Source of the DNA: Octopus sinensis
Taxonomy: Eukaryota
NCBI RefSeq assembly: GCF_006345805.1
Contig: NC_043013.1
Location: forward strand, 36,642,001 to 36,706,000
Length of the DNA stretch: 64,000 nt
Reading direction: 5' to 3'
Shown: piece by piece, positions 24,325 through 37,479 of the stretch
Position numbering within the stretch: position 1 is the first letter of the stretch
Layout: the number at the start of each line of letters is the position of its first letter
The notes under the pieces: generated by a model
What the model saw: the letters and a program-made list of their open reading frames with translations, nothing else
Database searches by the model: none
Told to the model about the DNA's origin: nothing
Program-made: the position numbers and the translations under genes

Positions 24325-24719
24325 CATTTTTATTGTTATTATTTACATCAAGTGCTTCCTTTCTTGTACTCCCGACAATGGAAGCAATATCTTTGAAAAC
24401 ATATAAACAAATGAATATATTCAGGATTTAATATTTACTGTGTGACAACCTTCTAAACAACATACCCCCTTATCCTAATACTTATAGATAATTCTGAAAC
24501 GTGCTTCTGTCTAACCATACAGAGATCATCTGTCAATGTCGTTACAGAATTAGTTACGTATCATTCCAGCTGTACCAATTATAAATGGAAGAATGATGGA
24601 CACATTTGTTAAATGCCATAATGTCTTTAATTCTGTAGTAGCTAAGCTAGTGCATAATTCTTTAGCTTTTCAAATTGCTTCTACATACAATGTTTAGGCC
24701 ATTCATTATTGATATGTCA

Positions 24720-25005
24720 GTTATTAACACATTATTGACATTTTCGTTGTGGAAAATGATGTCCAGTTTATGATGTACTCTTTCTTGTGGTTTATCTGCA
24801 TGTGAAAGTTCCATAGGTTTCCATGGGTTATCTCTGGATTACCGTTTTCTAAGACAGGTATAGTTTTATGTAAGTAACATATCCATAATTGTTTCATTAA
24901 CGCATTAAAATTGCTTAGACTGTAATAAGTGGAGCAATGTTTTGCTCTGGTTTTAATCATTCCATCCAGAAGGGAAGGCATTTCCCAAGACATATCACCC
25001 ATTTA
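24720..25005 (-). mobile_element. Old, degraded R4-type internal fragment (pre-RLE region)
   Basis: ORF ..QLWICYLHKTIPVLENG..LWNFHMQINHK resembles the P..VLEN..ILWDF.IQTD region of the other copies. Confidence 0.5.
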
Positions 25006-25132
25006 CAGAATCTCCAAGACTAGGAGGTGGGAGTAGGGGAGGAAATTGTGCTCAGATCAAAGATCTGGTCGAAATACTTGCAACAAAGTGGATGCCACTG
25101 AAAGAAACAAGGATATTATGAAGTGGCTTTAA

Positions 25133-25567
25133 TCCTTTTGATACCAACCCAGCTGAAACCGATTCTGGCTCTGTAATACAAATGTCTTGTTTTCATAAGT
25201 TTTGAATTAAAATCTTCCACCAAACCTTAGTCACAATTAGTGCTCCTAACACTAGCTTCTTGATAACTAAGTTATTTTATCAAAATCTTTGTTATATTTA
25301 ACCCTTTAGTGCTCGCATTATTCTACCAAAATTAATGCTTCTTCATCCATATTGTTTTGAATTAATCATGCATTATCTTGTAGCTATGAGATTTTGATGA
25401 GGTAGCTGTTAATTTTTAAAACAATATTGTGAGAGACCAGATCTGGCCAGTTTGAACATAAAAAAGGTAGAATATTTTTGGCCGGATATGGCCGGTTTAA
25501 ATGCTAAAGGGTTAAAATAATTGAAAGAAACACAGAGCATCTCAAAATAAATACAGTACTGAAAGGG
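25133..25567. mobile_element. Outer TTAA-flanked piggyBac-type MITE
   Basis: ttaa|tccttttgatacc ... gtactgaaaggg|ttaa (TTAA at 25129-32 and 25568-71). Confidence 0.7.
25302..25511. mobile_element. Inner TTAA-flanked piggyBac-type MITE nested in the previous one
   Basis: ttaa|ccctttag ... ctaaaggg|ttaa (TTAA at 25298-301 and 25512-15); perfect 8-bp TIR starting CCC. Confidence 0.85.
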
Positions 25568-25900
25568 TTAATCCAAGCAATAGTTTAAGTCTATCACCAA
25601 AGTAGGCTGTAGCAGAAGGTCAAAAACAAGTAGCCCAAGGCATCCAGTCCAGTTATTCTTACAGTTTTCCCATATCTACTGCCCTGCAGGAGTACTTTTT
25701 TTTAATCAACTCCAAAACAATGAGAAACAAAGTTGACCTTGGTTGGATATGTTTTCTACATGGCTTGTAACACAAGGGTATGCCCTGACACCCTCCCATC
25801 TTCTCTCATTTTCTAATTGGGGTAGTAGTGGGGTTGATATAATTGACTTACCCATCACCCAAAATTGCTCGATTTGTGCCAAAAATTTGAAATCATTATT

Positions 25901-25941
<41 letters not shown>

Positions 25942-25942
25942 T

Positions 25943-26021
<79 letters not shown>

Positions 26022-26602
26022 GTATCATTATTATTACCATTATTCAGGTATTAAAGGAAACATTATTATTAGCAGTGATAAACTGTTTAGCACTAGGTCT
26101 TTTGGAAACATTAGTGTCACTACATTGTGACTAATAATATTAGATTTTCATTTGACTGTGTTTTTTTTTTACTCTGTATTCCTATATTTCTTTATAAAAA
26201 ATCCCAGATATTTTAAACTGTTTTTCTTTCTTTTTGTTCTGACTGCCAGAATGTAAAGGAGACATTCAAGTGAGAGATGTCAATCACCTAAACAAACTGT
26301 CAATTGTTTAGATTAATTTCATTATTTAAAATATACAAATATATATGTATGTCTGTGTGTGTGTGTGTCTATGTGTGTGTGTGTGTATGTACAACCTAAG
26401 CAAAAACTATTTAAAAATCATTTATTCCCATGTGACGCATTTCCCAGGATTATTGAATAGCACACCCACACGAACTTAAGCTTGGTATATTATATATATA
26501 TATATAATATATATTACATATATATATATATATATATATTATACATATATATATATATACATATATATATATACATATATTATATATATATATATATATG
26601 TT

Positions 26603-26638
<36 letters not shown>

Positions 26639-26814
26639 TACGTACATGCATATATAGATATATATGTATATATATATGGATATATACGTAGATAGATAGA
26701 ATGACAAAATATATTCAGAAGATAAACGCATATGAAAAAGCAAATACATATTTATGTATATTGCCAAATTAATTTAATTTTTACACACACATATATATAT
26801 CATATAAGTATATA

Positions 26815-26848
<34 letters not shown>

Positions 26849-26970
26849 CATATATATAGGTATATATACATACATATATTTATCATATAAGTATACACAC
26901 TCACACACACACATTACACACTCATATATATATCTCATATATGTAGATATATCATATATGTGTATATATC

Positions 26971-27031
<61 letters not shown>

Positions 27032-27071
27032 TATATACAAATATAATATGTATATACACACATATATATAA

Positions 27072-27120
<49 letters not shown>

Positions 27121-27571
27121 TCAAAATTTTTTTATTAAAACTGAAGCTGAGAGTTTATCTTGAAACTTGAGTTCATGTCTCTACCATACATACACCCATT
27201 CCCCCACACTCACACAAAGTCACACATATACATATGTAGATGCAGACTTACCAATATAATTATGCCAATAGATTAAACAGGCCCAAATCTATGGAAAAAA
27301 TATTTTATTTGCTTGAATCCATTGGTACACATCACTTAAGAAATCTGACATCTCTTGTACACAGTGAATTCCTCATATTTAGTCAGAATTGGAAAAAAAA
27401 AGAGAGAACAGAAGAGAGAAAAAAATATTGTCATTTCTTTATAAGATCTAATTACAATTAAATATGAAGAATTCTGAAGGAAATTTGAATATTTTGTATT
27501 GGAAATGACTGTGACATCTCAAAGACTTAGTCTTCAATGACTGATAAAATGCTAATGATGATATTGGTTAA

Positions 27572-27785
27572 GTCAGCGAGCTGGCAGAATTGTTAGCATG
27601 CCAGGCGAAATGCTAAGTGGCATTTGATCCATCTTCACATTCTGAGTTCAAACTCCACTGAGATCGACCTGGCTTTTTAGCCTTTCAGGGCTGATAAGAT
27701 AAGTACAAGTCAAGCACTGGTGTCAATACAATCGACTTATCACCCTGCCCTCAAAATTGCTGGCCTTGTGCCAAAATTTGAAATC
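27572..27785 (+). mobile_element. SINE family A copy
   Basis: gcgagctggcagaattgttagcatgccaggcgaaatgc..ctgagttcaaactcc..gccttgtgccaaaatttgaaa. Confidence 0.85.
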
Positions 27786-28289
27786 AGTAATAATATTGGT
27801 TCCAAATTTTAGCACAGGGCCAGCTGTTTCAGCTTATTGCCTTAATAATAATAATGATAATAATAATAATGAGTAAGTGGAGCAAGAGCACACACAAAAA
27901 CGAAAAGTGTCACTGTAGAGGTCACAGATGTGTGACGAAAGATTCCTGGACAATGGACATGAGTCGAAATAAAAATAAAAATAAGAACAGCAATAAATGA
28001 GTGAAGAACAAAAATGACCATCCCGAAATACAAAAGCAACAAAACAACAACAACAACAACAATAATAATAAGGATTTCATTTATTTGCCACAAGGGTGAA
28101 GGATGAGGGAGACAATACAAAAACAGACATAAAGTGTAGGGGTTTACATATAATGAAATGATATAAATAAAAATGTAAAAAAGAAAAAAATTAAGTATAC
28201 ATGGTAGCACTGAAAAAGAAGGGACATATGCAGAGCATATAAAGGTTTAAAAAAAGAAAAGTGGCAGGAAGGGCTCTAGGGATAATTGA

Positions 28290-28475
28290 GTAACCCCACT
28301 GTCTGAGACTACCCTGAAACCCCAGGAGCGAGTGCCCCCTCCAATTCCTTGTCTCTGACTCACAGGTCTACACTCTTGCCATTTTCGCAACTTTCACTCA
28401 CCTTTCAATAAACTCACTTGAGGACAGCATTTCCCTCCACACTCACAATTTCCTTCTCAAGTGAAACTTGAAGAA
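28290..28475 (-). mobile_element. Possible L1/Tx1-like LINE 3' fragment
   Basis: Minus translation DFFKFHLRRKL*VWREMLSSSEFIER*VKVAKMARV; the stops fit CGA>TGA and TGG>TGA decay. Clade assignment is by recall only. Confidence 0.4.
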
Positions 28476-28496
28476 GTCAATAATAATAATAATAAT

Positions 28497-28875
28497 AGGC
28501 ATAGGAGTGGCTGTGTGGTAAGTAGCTTGTTTACCAACCACATGGTTCCGGGTTCAGTCCCACTGCGTGGCACCTTGGGCCAGTGTCTTCGACCAAAGCC
28601 TTGTGAGTGGATTTGGTAGACGGAAACTGAAAGAAGCCCGTCGTATATATGTATATATATATATGCGTGTGTGTGTTTGTGTGTCTGTGTTTGTCCCCCT
28701 AGCATTGCTTGACAACCGATGCTGGTGTGTTTAGGTCCCCGTTACTTAGCGGTTCGGCAAAAAGAGACTGATAGAATAAGTACTGGGCTTACAAAAGAAT
28801 AAGTCCCGGGGTTAAAAAAGGTGGTGCTCCAGCATGGCCGCAGTCAAATGACTGAAACAAGTAAAAGAGTAAAGA
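28497..28875 (+). mobile_element. SINE family B (~380 bp, tRNA-like head, internal TA/CA microsatellite)
   Basis: ggagtggctgtgtggtaag (A-box-like), gggttcagtccc (B-box-like), caccttgggccagtgtctt, ending cagtcaaatgactgaaacaagtaaaagag. Confidence 0.9.
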
Positions 28876-28879
28876 GAGA

Positions 28880-28933
<54 letters not shown>

Positions 28934-28968
28934 TAATAATAATAATATAATAATAATAATAATAATAA

Positions 28969-29183
28969 TCCTTTCTATTATAGGCACAAGGCCTGAAATT
29001 TTTGGGGAGGGGATTAGTTGATTACATCAACTGCAGTGTTTCACTGGTACTTAATTTATTGATCCCAAAAGGATGAAAGGCAAGATCTACCTGGGTGGAA
29101 TTTGAACTCAGAATGCAAAGATGAGCAAAATACTGTTAAGCATGTTTCCCAGAATTCTAAGAATTCTCCCAGCTTGCTGCCTT
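28969..29183 (-). mobile_element. SINE family A copy embedded in TAA array
   Basis: Consensus match; (TAA)n on both sides. Confidence 0.85.
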
Positions 29184-29201
29184 AATAATAATAATAATAA
29201 T

Positions 29202-29278
<77 letters not shown>

Positions 29279-29307
29279 TGATGATGATGATGATGATAAT
29301 AATAATT

Positions 29308-31432
29308 ACTAGCCTGTCACCAGCCTACCCCTGATGTGGAAGCTGATGACAGGTATAATATCTAATTATGTGTATAACTTCCTGGAAATGAATGACAAAC
29401 TGCCAGCAGAACAGAAAGGGTGCAGAAGGAAAAACCGAGGGATGAAAGACCAACTTATGATAATCCAAATGGTACTGAATGACTGCAAGAAAAGACTTAT
29501 AAGAAAGTGTATGACATGGTCCTCCATTCCTGGATTTTAGGAAGTCTAGAGCTGGTACAGGTGTCTGATAACATATCAAATTTTATTAGGAGATTAATGA
29601 AAAACTGGAATACAGAGTTGAATTCATGTGGAAAATTTTGGCGAGGGTTAATATCAAAAGAGGCATATTACAAGGAGATAGCCTATCACCATTGCTGTTT
29701 GTGATTTGCATGATACCCTTCACATAAATTTTGTCGAAAGTGACATCAGGGTACACCTTGAAAAGTAATGGAAAATTAAATCATCTGTTTTATATGAATG
29801 TCTTAAAGAAATTGGAAAGACTGAACATGAAATAAATGGCCTAGCTTCAACAGTGCAGATATTCAGTAAGGATATTGGAAAGGAATTTGGGACTAAACAG
29901 TATGGTATGCTTATAATACAAAGGCGGTGAGCTGGCAGAAACGTTAGCATGCCAGGCGAAATGCGTAGCTGTATTTCGTCTGCCGTTACGTTCTAAGTTC
30001 AAATTCTGCCGAGGTCGACTTTGCCTTTCATCCTTTTGGGGTCAATTAAATAAGTACCAGTTACACACTGGGGTTGGTATAATCGACTTAATCCGTTTGT
30101 CTGTCCTTGTTTGTCCTCTCTGTGTTTAGCCCCTTGTGGGTAGTAAAGAAATATATAATACAAAGAGGCAAAGTAGTGTTGTCTGATGGTGTACAGCTAC
30201 TCAACAGTGAGAAAAACAAGGATATTGAGACTAATGGATATAATTATCTGAGGATTTTAGAATAAGACAAAATCAAGGAAAGTGAAATGAAGGAAAGCTT
30301 TAGGTGAGAATATCTCAGATGAACAAGGTTAATTATGGGAGATAGAATCAATGGAAAAAACAAAATCAGGGCAATGAATGCATGGGCTGTTTCCTTAATG
30401 TGATACAGTGCAGGTGTTGTTAGGTGGACAAAGAATGAGTTTGAGGAAATGGACAGGGAAGCTAGAAAAGTGATGACAATTAACAAGGAACTACATCCAA
30501 AAAGCGATATTGACAGACTGTATGTGACTAGAAACAGGGGTGGAAGAGATCTCATAGGATGTAAGATCTGTGTTGTCAATGAGAAGAACAATTTGAATGG
30601 TACATGAAACAGCAGAGTGAATCCTTGCTTGCTGCTGTTAGAATTAACAATACAATACCTACCAAAAATATGATGCACCCACAAGCATTTAAGAAACAAG
30701 ATGAAGGAAAAAGACAATTGGAAGAGGAAACCATTGCATGGTTAATATCTCAGAGAAATCAAAGGAAAAGATAAGATCAACTCTGGAGATGGTTAAGAAA
30801 AAGTGATCTGAAAGGATGCAGTGAGACATTGATATGCAGTGCCCAGGGTCAAGCTCTGAGAACTAATTACACCAAGTTCCAAATAGATAAGAACAGTGAA
30901 TCACCCCTTTGTGGGATGTGCAGCACCAGAAAGGAAACACTCTCACATATTGTGAGTGAATGTAGTAAACTGGCCCAAAAGGAGGCATGATAATATGACT
31001 CAGTTCGTCCAGTGGAGGCTATGGGAAAAGTATGGCCTGAACAGAGTGCAGAAATGGTTTGAACATGAACCAGGTGTCACTGAGAACAAGGAATATAAGA
31101 TACTGTGGGATTTTACAGTCCAATGTGTCTCCCTAATCGAGGCTCAATGACTAGATATTGTTGTGGTAAAGGAAAAAAGGAAACCAAGGTCATAGATATT
31201 GCAATACCTGGAGATGCACTCATAAGTGACAAAGAACTAGAAAAAATTGAAAAGTAGAGAGAACCAAAAGAAGAAACTGTAGGAATGTGGACTAAGTGGA
31301 GAGTGTCTGACAGCCCAGCACTCGGAGAACAAACAACCAAGTTCGAGAAATAAGTCAAAGAAATTGGAATTGACATGAGAGAAGAGCAAGCCCCCAAAAC
31401 TGCTTTGTTGGGAACAGTTAGGATTTTGATTG
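29308..31432 (+). mobile_element. Degraded R4/Dong-type LINE (RT to RLE) interrupted by a SINE
   Basis: LMWKLMTGII..KLPAEQKGCRRKNRGMKDQL; ..GDSLSPLLF-like at ~29670; INAWAVS-like; CGMCSTRKETLSHIVSEC; ILWDFTVQC; TALLGTVRIL; preceded by (TAA)n at 29183-29305. Confidence 0.85.
29924..30153 (+). mobile_element. Young SINE family A copy with 12-bp TSD, inserted in the LINE
   Basis: TSD tataatacaaag at 29912-29923 and 30154-30165; starts ggcggtgagctggcagaaacgttagc. Confidence 0.93.
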
Positions 31433-31745
31433 CTAGCATGAGTTGAATGGTTTGACTGAGGTCTGGAGAGCCAGTGGCTGCACCAGGCTCCAATCTGATC
31501 TGGTAATGTTTCTACAGCTTGATGCCCTTTCTAACGCCAACCACACCGAGAGATTAATGAGTGCTTTTTACATGCCATCAGCACAGGAATCAGTCAGGCG
31601 GACCTGGCATCAATCATGTTTGGATAGTACATTTTATGTGCCACTGGCACTGAGGCCAGTCAGTGGGTATTAGCATCGGTCATGTTTGAATGGTGCTTTT
31701 TATGTGCCACTGCCATGGGAGCCAATCAATCAGGCCTGGCATCGA
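31433..31745 (-). mobile_element. RTE-like family E copy with internal ~65-bp repeats
   Basis: gctagcatg..gctgcaccaggctcc..gatgccctttctaacgccaacc, then three repeats of a gtgctttttatgtgccactggc-like motif. Confidence 0.7.
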
Positions 31746-32519
31746 TTATTTTGGAAACAACAAAGGATTGTGTCTATTGTTAATACAGTGTTGTAGATTT
31801 TACATAGTCGTATTGCCTGCTAGAAACAACAGCTATATTTCCCTTGAAAAAGCAACCCTCAATTCTAAAAATGAAATGTTATCCAACATCCTTGATATAA
31901 ATGGAAGATAGAATAATAGAAGTATAAAAATATCCAGTTTTAATTGAAGAACCCACTGGATAGATGTAATTCTGGATATAACATATTTGGAAAGAAGAAA
32001 AGGGATGGTCATGAGCAATAAGTCTTTTTGGTGCTAAGTCTGTTTCACAAGGGACGACCTGGAGCTGAATAACAATTATTGAGAAAAAATTTATTTACCT
32101 ATATTTTTAGCTGTGACAAAATTTCTTAAGAAAATCATACAAAAATCCAGCTTATCCTTGTCGTCGTCATCATCATCATCATCATCATTGTTGCCGTCAT
32201 TATTGTCATCATCATCACCACCATCATCTTCATCATCATCATCATCGTCACTACCACCACCACCACCACCACCACCATCATTTTAATATCCACTTTTCCT
32301 TGTTTGCAGAGGTTAAACAGAATTAGTTGAGGCAGATTTTTCTACACCTGGAGGCCCTTCCAGTCACCAACGTTCACCTTTTTTCCAAAATAAGCTAATA
32401 TTTCTCTCTTGGCCAGACATGTTTTTAAAGAAATGCTTGTTTCCAAGTGAGGTGATGATCTTCCAGCCTATCAAACAACAGCAGCCCAGATTTGTTTACA
32501 CAGAGAACTAAAAGCAAAT

Positions 32520-33330
32520 GACAACATACAATTAATCCTTTTGTTTTCTTCCTGTGGAATATTTCATATCTTTCTACCAAATTTATTTGTTCTGATAAAT
32601 ATTTTCATGGTTGTTTTACCAGATATATTTTTACAAATAAATATTTTCCTCTCTACCAAATATATTAATTTCAATAAATGTTTCCATATAATTTCTATGA
32701 AATATATTTATCACCATAATTATTTTCTTATTTTCTCTTATGAATTATATTTATTCCAATAAACATATTTTTCAATCAATTATATTTTTCCCAAGAAATA
32801 TATTCCTGCTTTGTATCCAAATATTTATTCAAGTAAATATTTTAATGTATTTTTCTACTAAATATTCCAACATGTATATATTTTCTACCAAAAACTAAAT
32901 TTTTACAATAAATGCTTTCATATTTTTCTGCCAGACATATTTATTCCAATAAATATTTACATATTTTCTCTAATAAATAGATATATATTCCAATAAATAG
33001 TTTTATATTTTTCTACCAAAAACTGCATATTGTAAAAAAAAAATTTTATATTTCTCTACCAAAAACATTTCCTCTAATGAATATTCTCGTGTAGTCTTCA
33101 ATAAATATATATCTATTATTCCGATAAATACTTTCTTATTTTTTCTACCAAATATTTTTATTTCAATAAATAAATTCTTTTTTTTTTCAACCAAGCATAT
33201 TTATCCCAATAAATATATCTAGATTTTCTCTTTATGAAATATATTTACTCCTCCAAATATTTTCATATTTTCTCTCTCAGATAAATTTATTTCAATAAAT
33301 ATCTTTATGCTTTTACATATCACATGACTC
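32520..33330. repeat. Degenerate AT-rich minisatellite (ttctaccaaatattt / ttccaataaata motifs)
   Basis: Motifs recur many times over about 800 bp. Confidence 0.7.
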
Positions 33331-33394
33331 AACAAATTAAAAAAAAAACATTTTTTTTTGTTTCATTTACTTTTTACAAAATATATCTTTTATC

Positions 33395-33560
33395 TTTTAC
33401 TTGTTTCAGCCATGCTGGAGCACTACCTTGAAAAATTTTTTAGTTGAATATATTGATCCCAGTATTTATATCTTTCTTTCAAAGCCTGGTACTAATTCCA
33501 TCAGTCTATTTTGCTAAACCGCTTAGTTACAGGGAGATAAGCACACCAACACCAGTTGTA
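33395..33560 (-). mobile_element. SINE family B, 3' half
   Basis: ttttacttgtttcagccatgctggagcac..gctaaaccgcttagttacaggg. Confidence 0.75.
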
Positions 33561-33561
33561 T

Positions 33562-33740
33562 GGAGGCACAATGGCCCAGTGGTTAGGGCAGCGAACTCGT
33601 GGTCGAAAGAACATGGTTTCAATTCCCAGACTGGGCATTTTGAATGTTTATTGAGCAAAAACACCTAAGCTCCATGAGGCTCCGGCAGGGGAGGGTGGTG
33701 AACTCTGCTGTACTCTCTCCCCACAACTTTCTCTCACGCT
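33562..33740 (+). mobile_element. SINE family C, 5' part (tRNA-like head)
   Basis: ggcacaatggcccagtggttagggcagcgaactc..ggtttcaattcccagac; matches 42561-42847 in reverse. Confidence 0.8.
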
Positions 33741-34129
33741 TTCTTCCTACTTCTGCCACAAAGCAGAGGATCCATGGTGTAACCCACTATGGTGTGGTAA
33801 ACTTTCAAACCCTAGTATAGATTGCGAATCCTCTGTGTGCCCCAAGATGGTTCAGCTCTCCACCCATTAAAAAGCCTCCATTTACGGAATGAGGATAACA
33901 ACATAGCTTTCATGCCCGTGCAACTGCCAGTCTATCGCGTGTGGCAGGTGGATCTTCAAGTTGCTACACGCATTCTTAGTAGCTTAGAGTAGGCTCGAAT
34001 TAGTGATTATTCTTTGTGGCTAATGGCGTGAGTCCTGATTGGAAGAAGAAGAAGAAGAAGAAGAAGAAGAAGAAGAAGAAGAAGAAGAAGAAGAAGAAGA
34101 AGACCAGTTGTCAAGTGGTGATGGGGAGA

Positions 34130-34320
34130 CAAACACTGACACAAAGACACACACATACATATATACATATACACATACATATATATATATATATACAATG
34201 GGATTCTTTCAGTTTCCACTCACAAGGCTTTGATCAGCTCGAGGCTATAGTAGAAGACACTTGCCCAAAGTTCCATGCACTGGTATTGAACCCTGAACCA
34301 TGTGGTTGAGAAGCAAGCTA
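34130..34320 (-). mobile_element. SINE family B, 5' half
   Basis: ttctttcagtttccactcacaaggctt..ctatagtagaagacacttgcccaa..gaaccatgtggttg. Confidence 0.75.
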
Positions 34321-34691
34321 CATCATTTGCATTCCCTGAATACTTTCTACCAGTTATTGCAATCCTTGTGTTTGATACTTAATTTTACTTATCTACCCAC
34401 ACCATCTGAACCCATCTTCAAAATATGTTTCTGCTTCTTATATTTATCTTTTTTTGACATTTGATATTTTACATATTTTTTTTATTATTATTATCAAAGA
34501 ATTCTTTACTTTTTTTTTTATTATAACCTTTTCTTCTTTCCTCTTCCTTCTACGTCACATATTTTTGTCCTTGATCTCTTTACTTCATCATATTTTTTTC
34601 TCATATTTTGCTATCACATATATTAGGCTTTTAAATTTTTGTACATATATACATATATACATACACACATACATACATGCATATATACACA

Positions 34692-34723
<32 letters not shown>

Positions 34724-34842
34724 ACACACATATATGTATATATATATATTCATATATATATATATGCATATATACATATATATATATGTATGTATATATC
34801 TAAATATGCATGTATTTGTGTCTAATATATGTATGTATATAT

Positions 34843-34889
<47 letters not shown>

Positions 34890-35104
34890 ATATATGTATA
34901 TGACTTTGCTAAAATATCTTTTTTTTCTGTTTCCTATATATCACTCCTACACATAAATACACACTCATCAAAAACATATTTTTATTTATTTCCTTTTTTT
35001 TTTCTTACTGTTTTTTTTTTCATTTCTTCATTAAAATATATTTTCATATATTTGCCTCAATTATTCTTTTCTGAAATGAATCTATTTCAAACAGGTTTTA
35101 TATA

Positions 35105-35202
35105 TCATGATTGTTATTATGATTATGATTACCACTGGTGATTATTAATATCATCATATCATCATCATCATCATCCTTATTATTATTATTATTTTTATTA
35201 TG

Positions 35203-35241
<39 letters not shown>

Positions 35242-35250
35242 TTTATTATG

Positions 35251-35315
<65 letters not shown>

Positions 35316-35369
35316 GATTATTATTATTTTTATTATTATTATTATTACTTTTATTATTATTATTATTAC

Positions 35370-35406
<37 letters not shown>

Positions 35407-35460
35407 AACATCATCATCATCAGCAGCATCAGTATTATAATAATAATTATTATTATATAT
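35105..35460. repeat. Long (ATT)n/(CAT)n array
   Basis: Directly visible. Confidence 0.95.
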
Positions 35461-36396
35461 ATTTTGTACTTATTTCCTTTCTTTCTTTCAAAATTCTTTT
35501 TGTTTGTTTGCTTGTTTGTTTGTTTGTTCGTTATTTATTTTTTTTAAGATATTTTCATCTTATCAAACAAATACGTTCATTAGAAAATAAAAACAACAAC
35601 AACAAAAACAAGAAAAGAACACACACATATACACACACAAATATACACTCACACGCGCACACACACATAACTTTATGTAATACACACACTCACTCACACA
35701 CACGCACACATATACACACACATGCATACACACACTAACGTAAACACATACACATGTGCTCATATATAAATATACAAACACAACCACAAATTTGCTAAAA
35801 ATCAATTCTCAAACATTTCATTTATCTATTATATATGCATCGCAAAAATAATTTTTTTCTTCTTTCGTTACTTTTTAATATTCAAACATTCAAATTTCTA
35901 ACCATTATCTATCAGACAAATTTATTATCATTTCTTTCCCTCTTATTTCTGAAAACACTTCATTACCAATTATTATAAATTATCATAAAAGAAGAAATCA
36001 TTATTATCAGAAAGAAAAAAAAAATATAAAAAAATAATAATAATGATGATAAAAATAAAGTGCACAAACACACACACACATACACAGACACATGCATGCT
36101 TATGTGCACACACATACTTGCACATGCACACACACATGCACACACACACGCAACAACAACAACACACAACAGCAGCAACAACAAGAAGAAAGATTTAAAA
36201 GAAATATAAAACATCAAAATGAAACGAAAAAGAAAATCATCATAGGCATCACCATCATCACCATCATCATCATCATAATCCACCCCTCCTCCTCCTCATC
36301 GTCATCATCGTCATCGTTATCATCATCATCATCATCATCATCATCACCATCATCATAATCCTCCCCCTCCTCTTCCTCCTCCTCATCGTCATCGTC

Positions 36397-36442
<46 letters not shown>

Positions 36443-36847
36443 ACATTACCATTATTAAAGGAAACCATTTTCTATAATATCAAACATTTTCAAATATATA
36501 TATATCTTACTGCAACAGCAAAATTAACAACAACAACAACAAACAACAAAATTAGCGAGAAGAAAGAAGAAGAACAACAACAACAAGAACAAAAAAACAG
36601 CAACAGCAACAACAACTGCAGAACTATGAACAACAGCAGCAACAACAACAACAGCAAATGCATCAGTAATGACAAGGACATCATCATCAACAACAACAAC
36701 AACAACAATAACAATAATGGCGAACAGAAAAGGCTGCAGCTGCATGACTAGCACCACTGTCAACGACAACGGCAACAACAACAACAAGAATGATAGCTAT
36801 AGCAACAGCATTGACAACAACAACAACAACAACAACAACAATAATGA

Positions 36848-36913
36848 AGAACATCACCAACAACAAATATCACCACTACCACCACCACCACCACCACAAT
36901 TACCATCTCTGAT

Positions 36914-36945
<32 letters not shown>

Positions 36946-37102
36946 TAATAAAGAACATCACCAACAACAAATATCACCACTACCACCACCACCACCACCA
37001 CCACAATCACCATCTCTGATAACAACAACAACAACAACAGTAACAAACATCACCTCCACGGATACTACTACCACCATCACCACCACAATTACCATCTCTG
37101 AT

Positions 37103-37134
<32 letters not shown>

Positions 37135-37294
37135 TAATGAAGAACATCACCAACAACAAATATCACCACTACCACCACCACCACCACCACCACCACAATC
37201 ACCATCTCTGATAACAACAACAACAACAACAGTAACAAACATCGCCTCCACGGATACTACTACCACCATCACCACCACAATTACCATCTCTGAT

Positions 37295-37326
<32 letters not shown>

Positions 37327-37479
37327 TAATAAAGAACATCACCAACAACAAATATCACCACTAACCACCACCACCACCACCACCACAATCACCATCTCTG
37401 ATAACAACAACAACAACAACAGTAACAAACATCACCTCCACGGATACTACTACCACCATCACCACCACAATTACCATCT

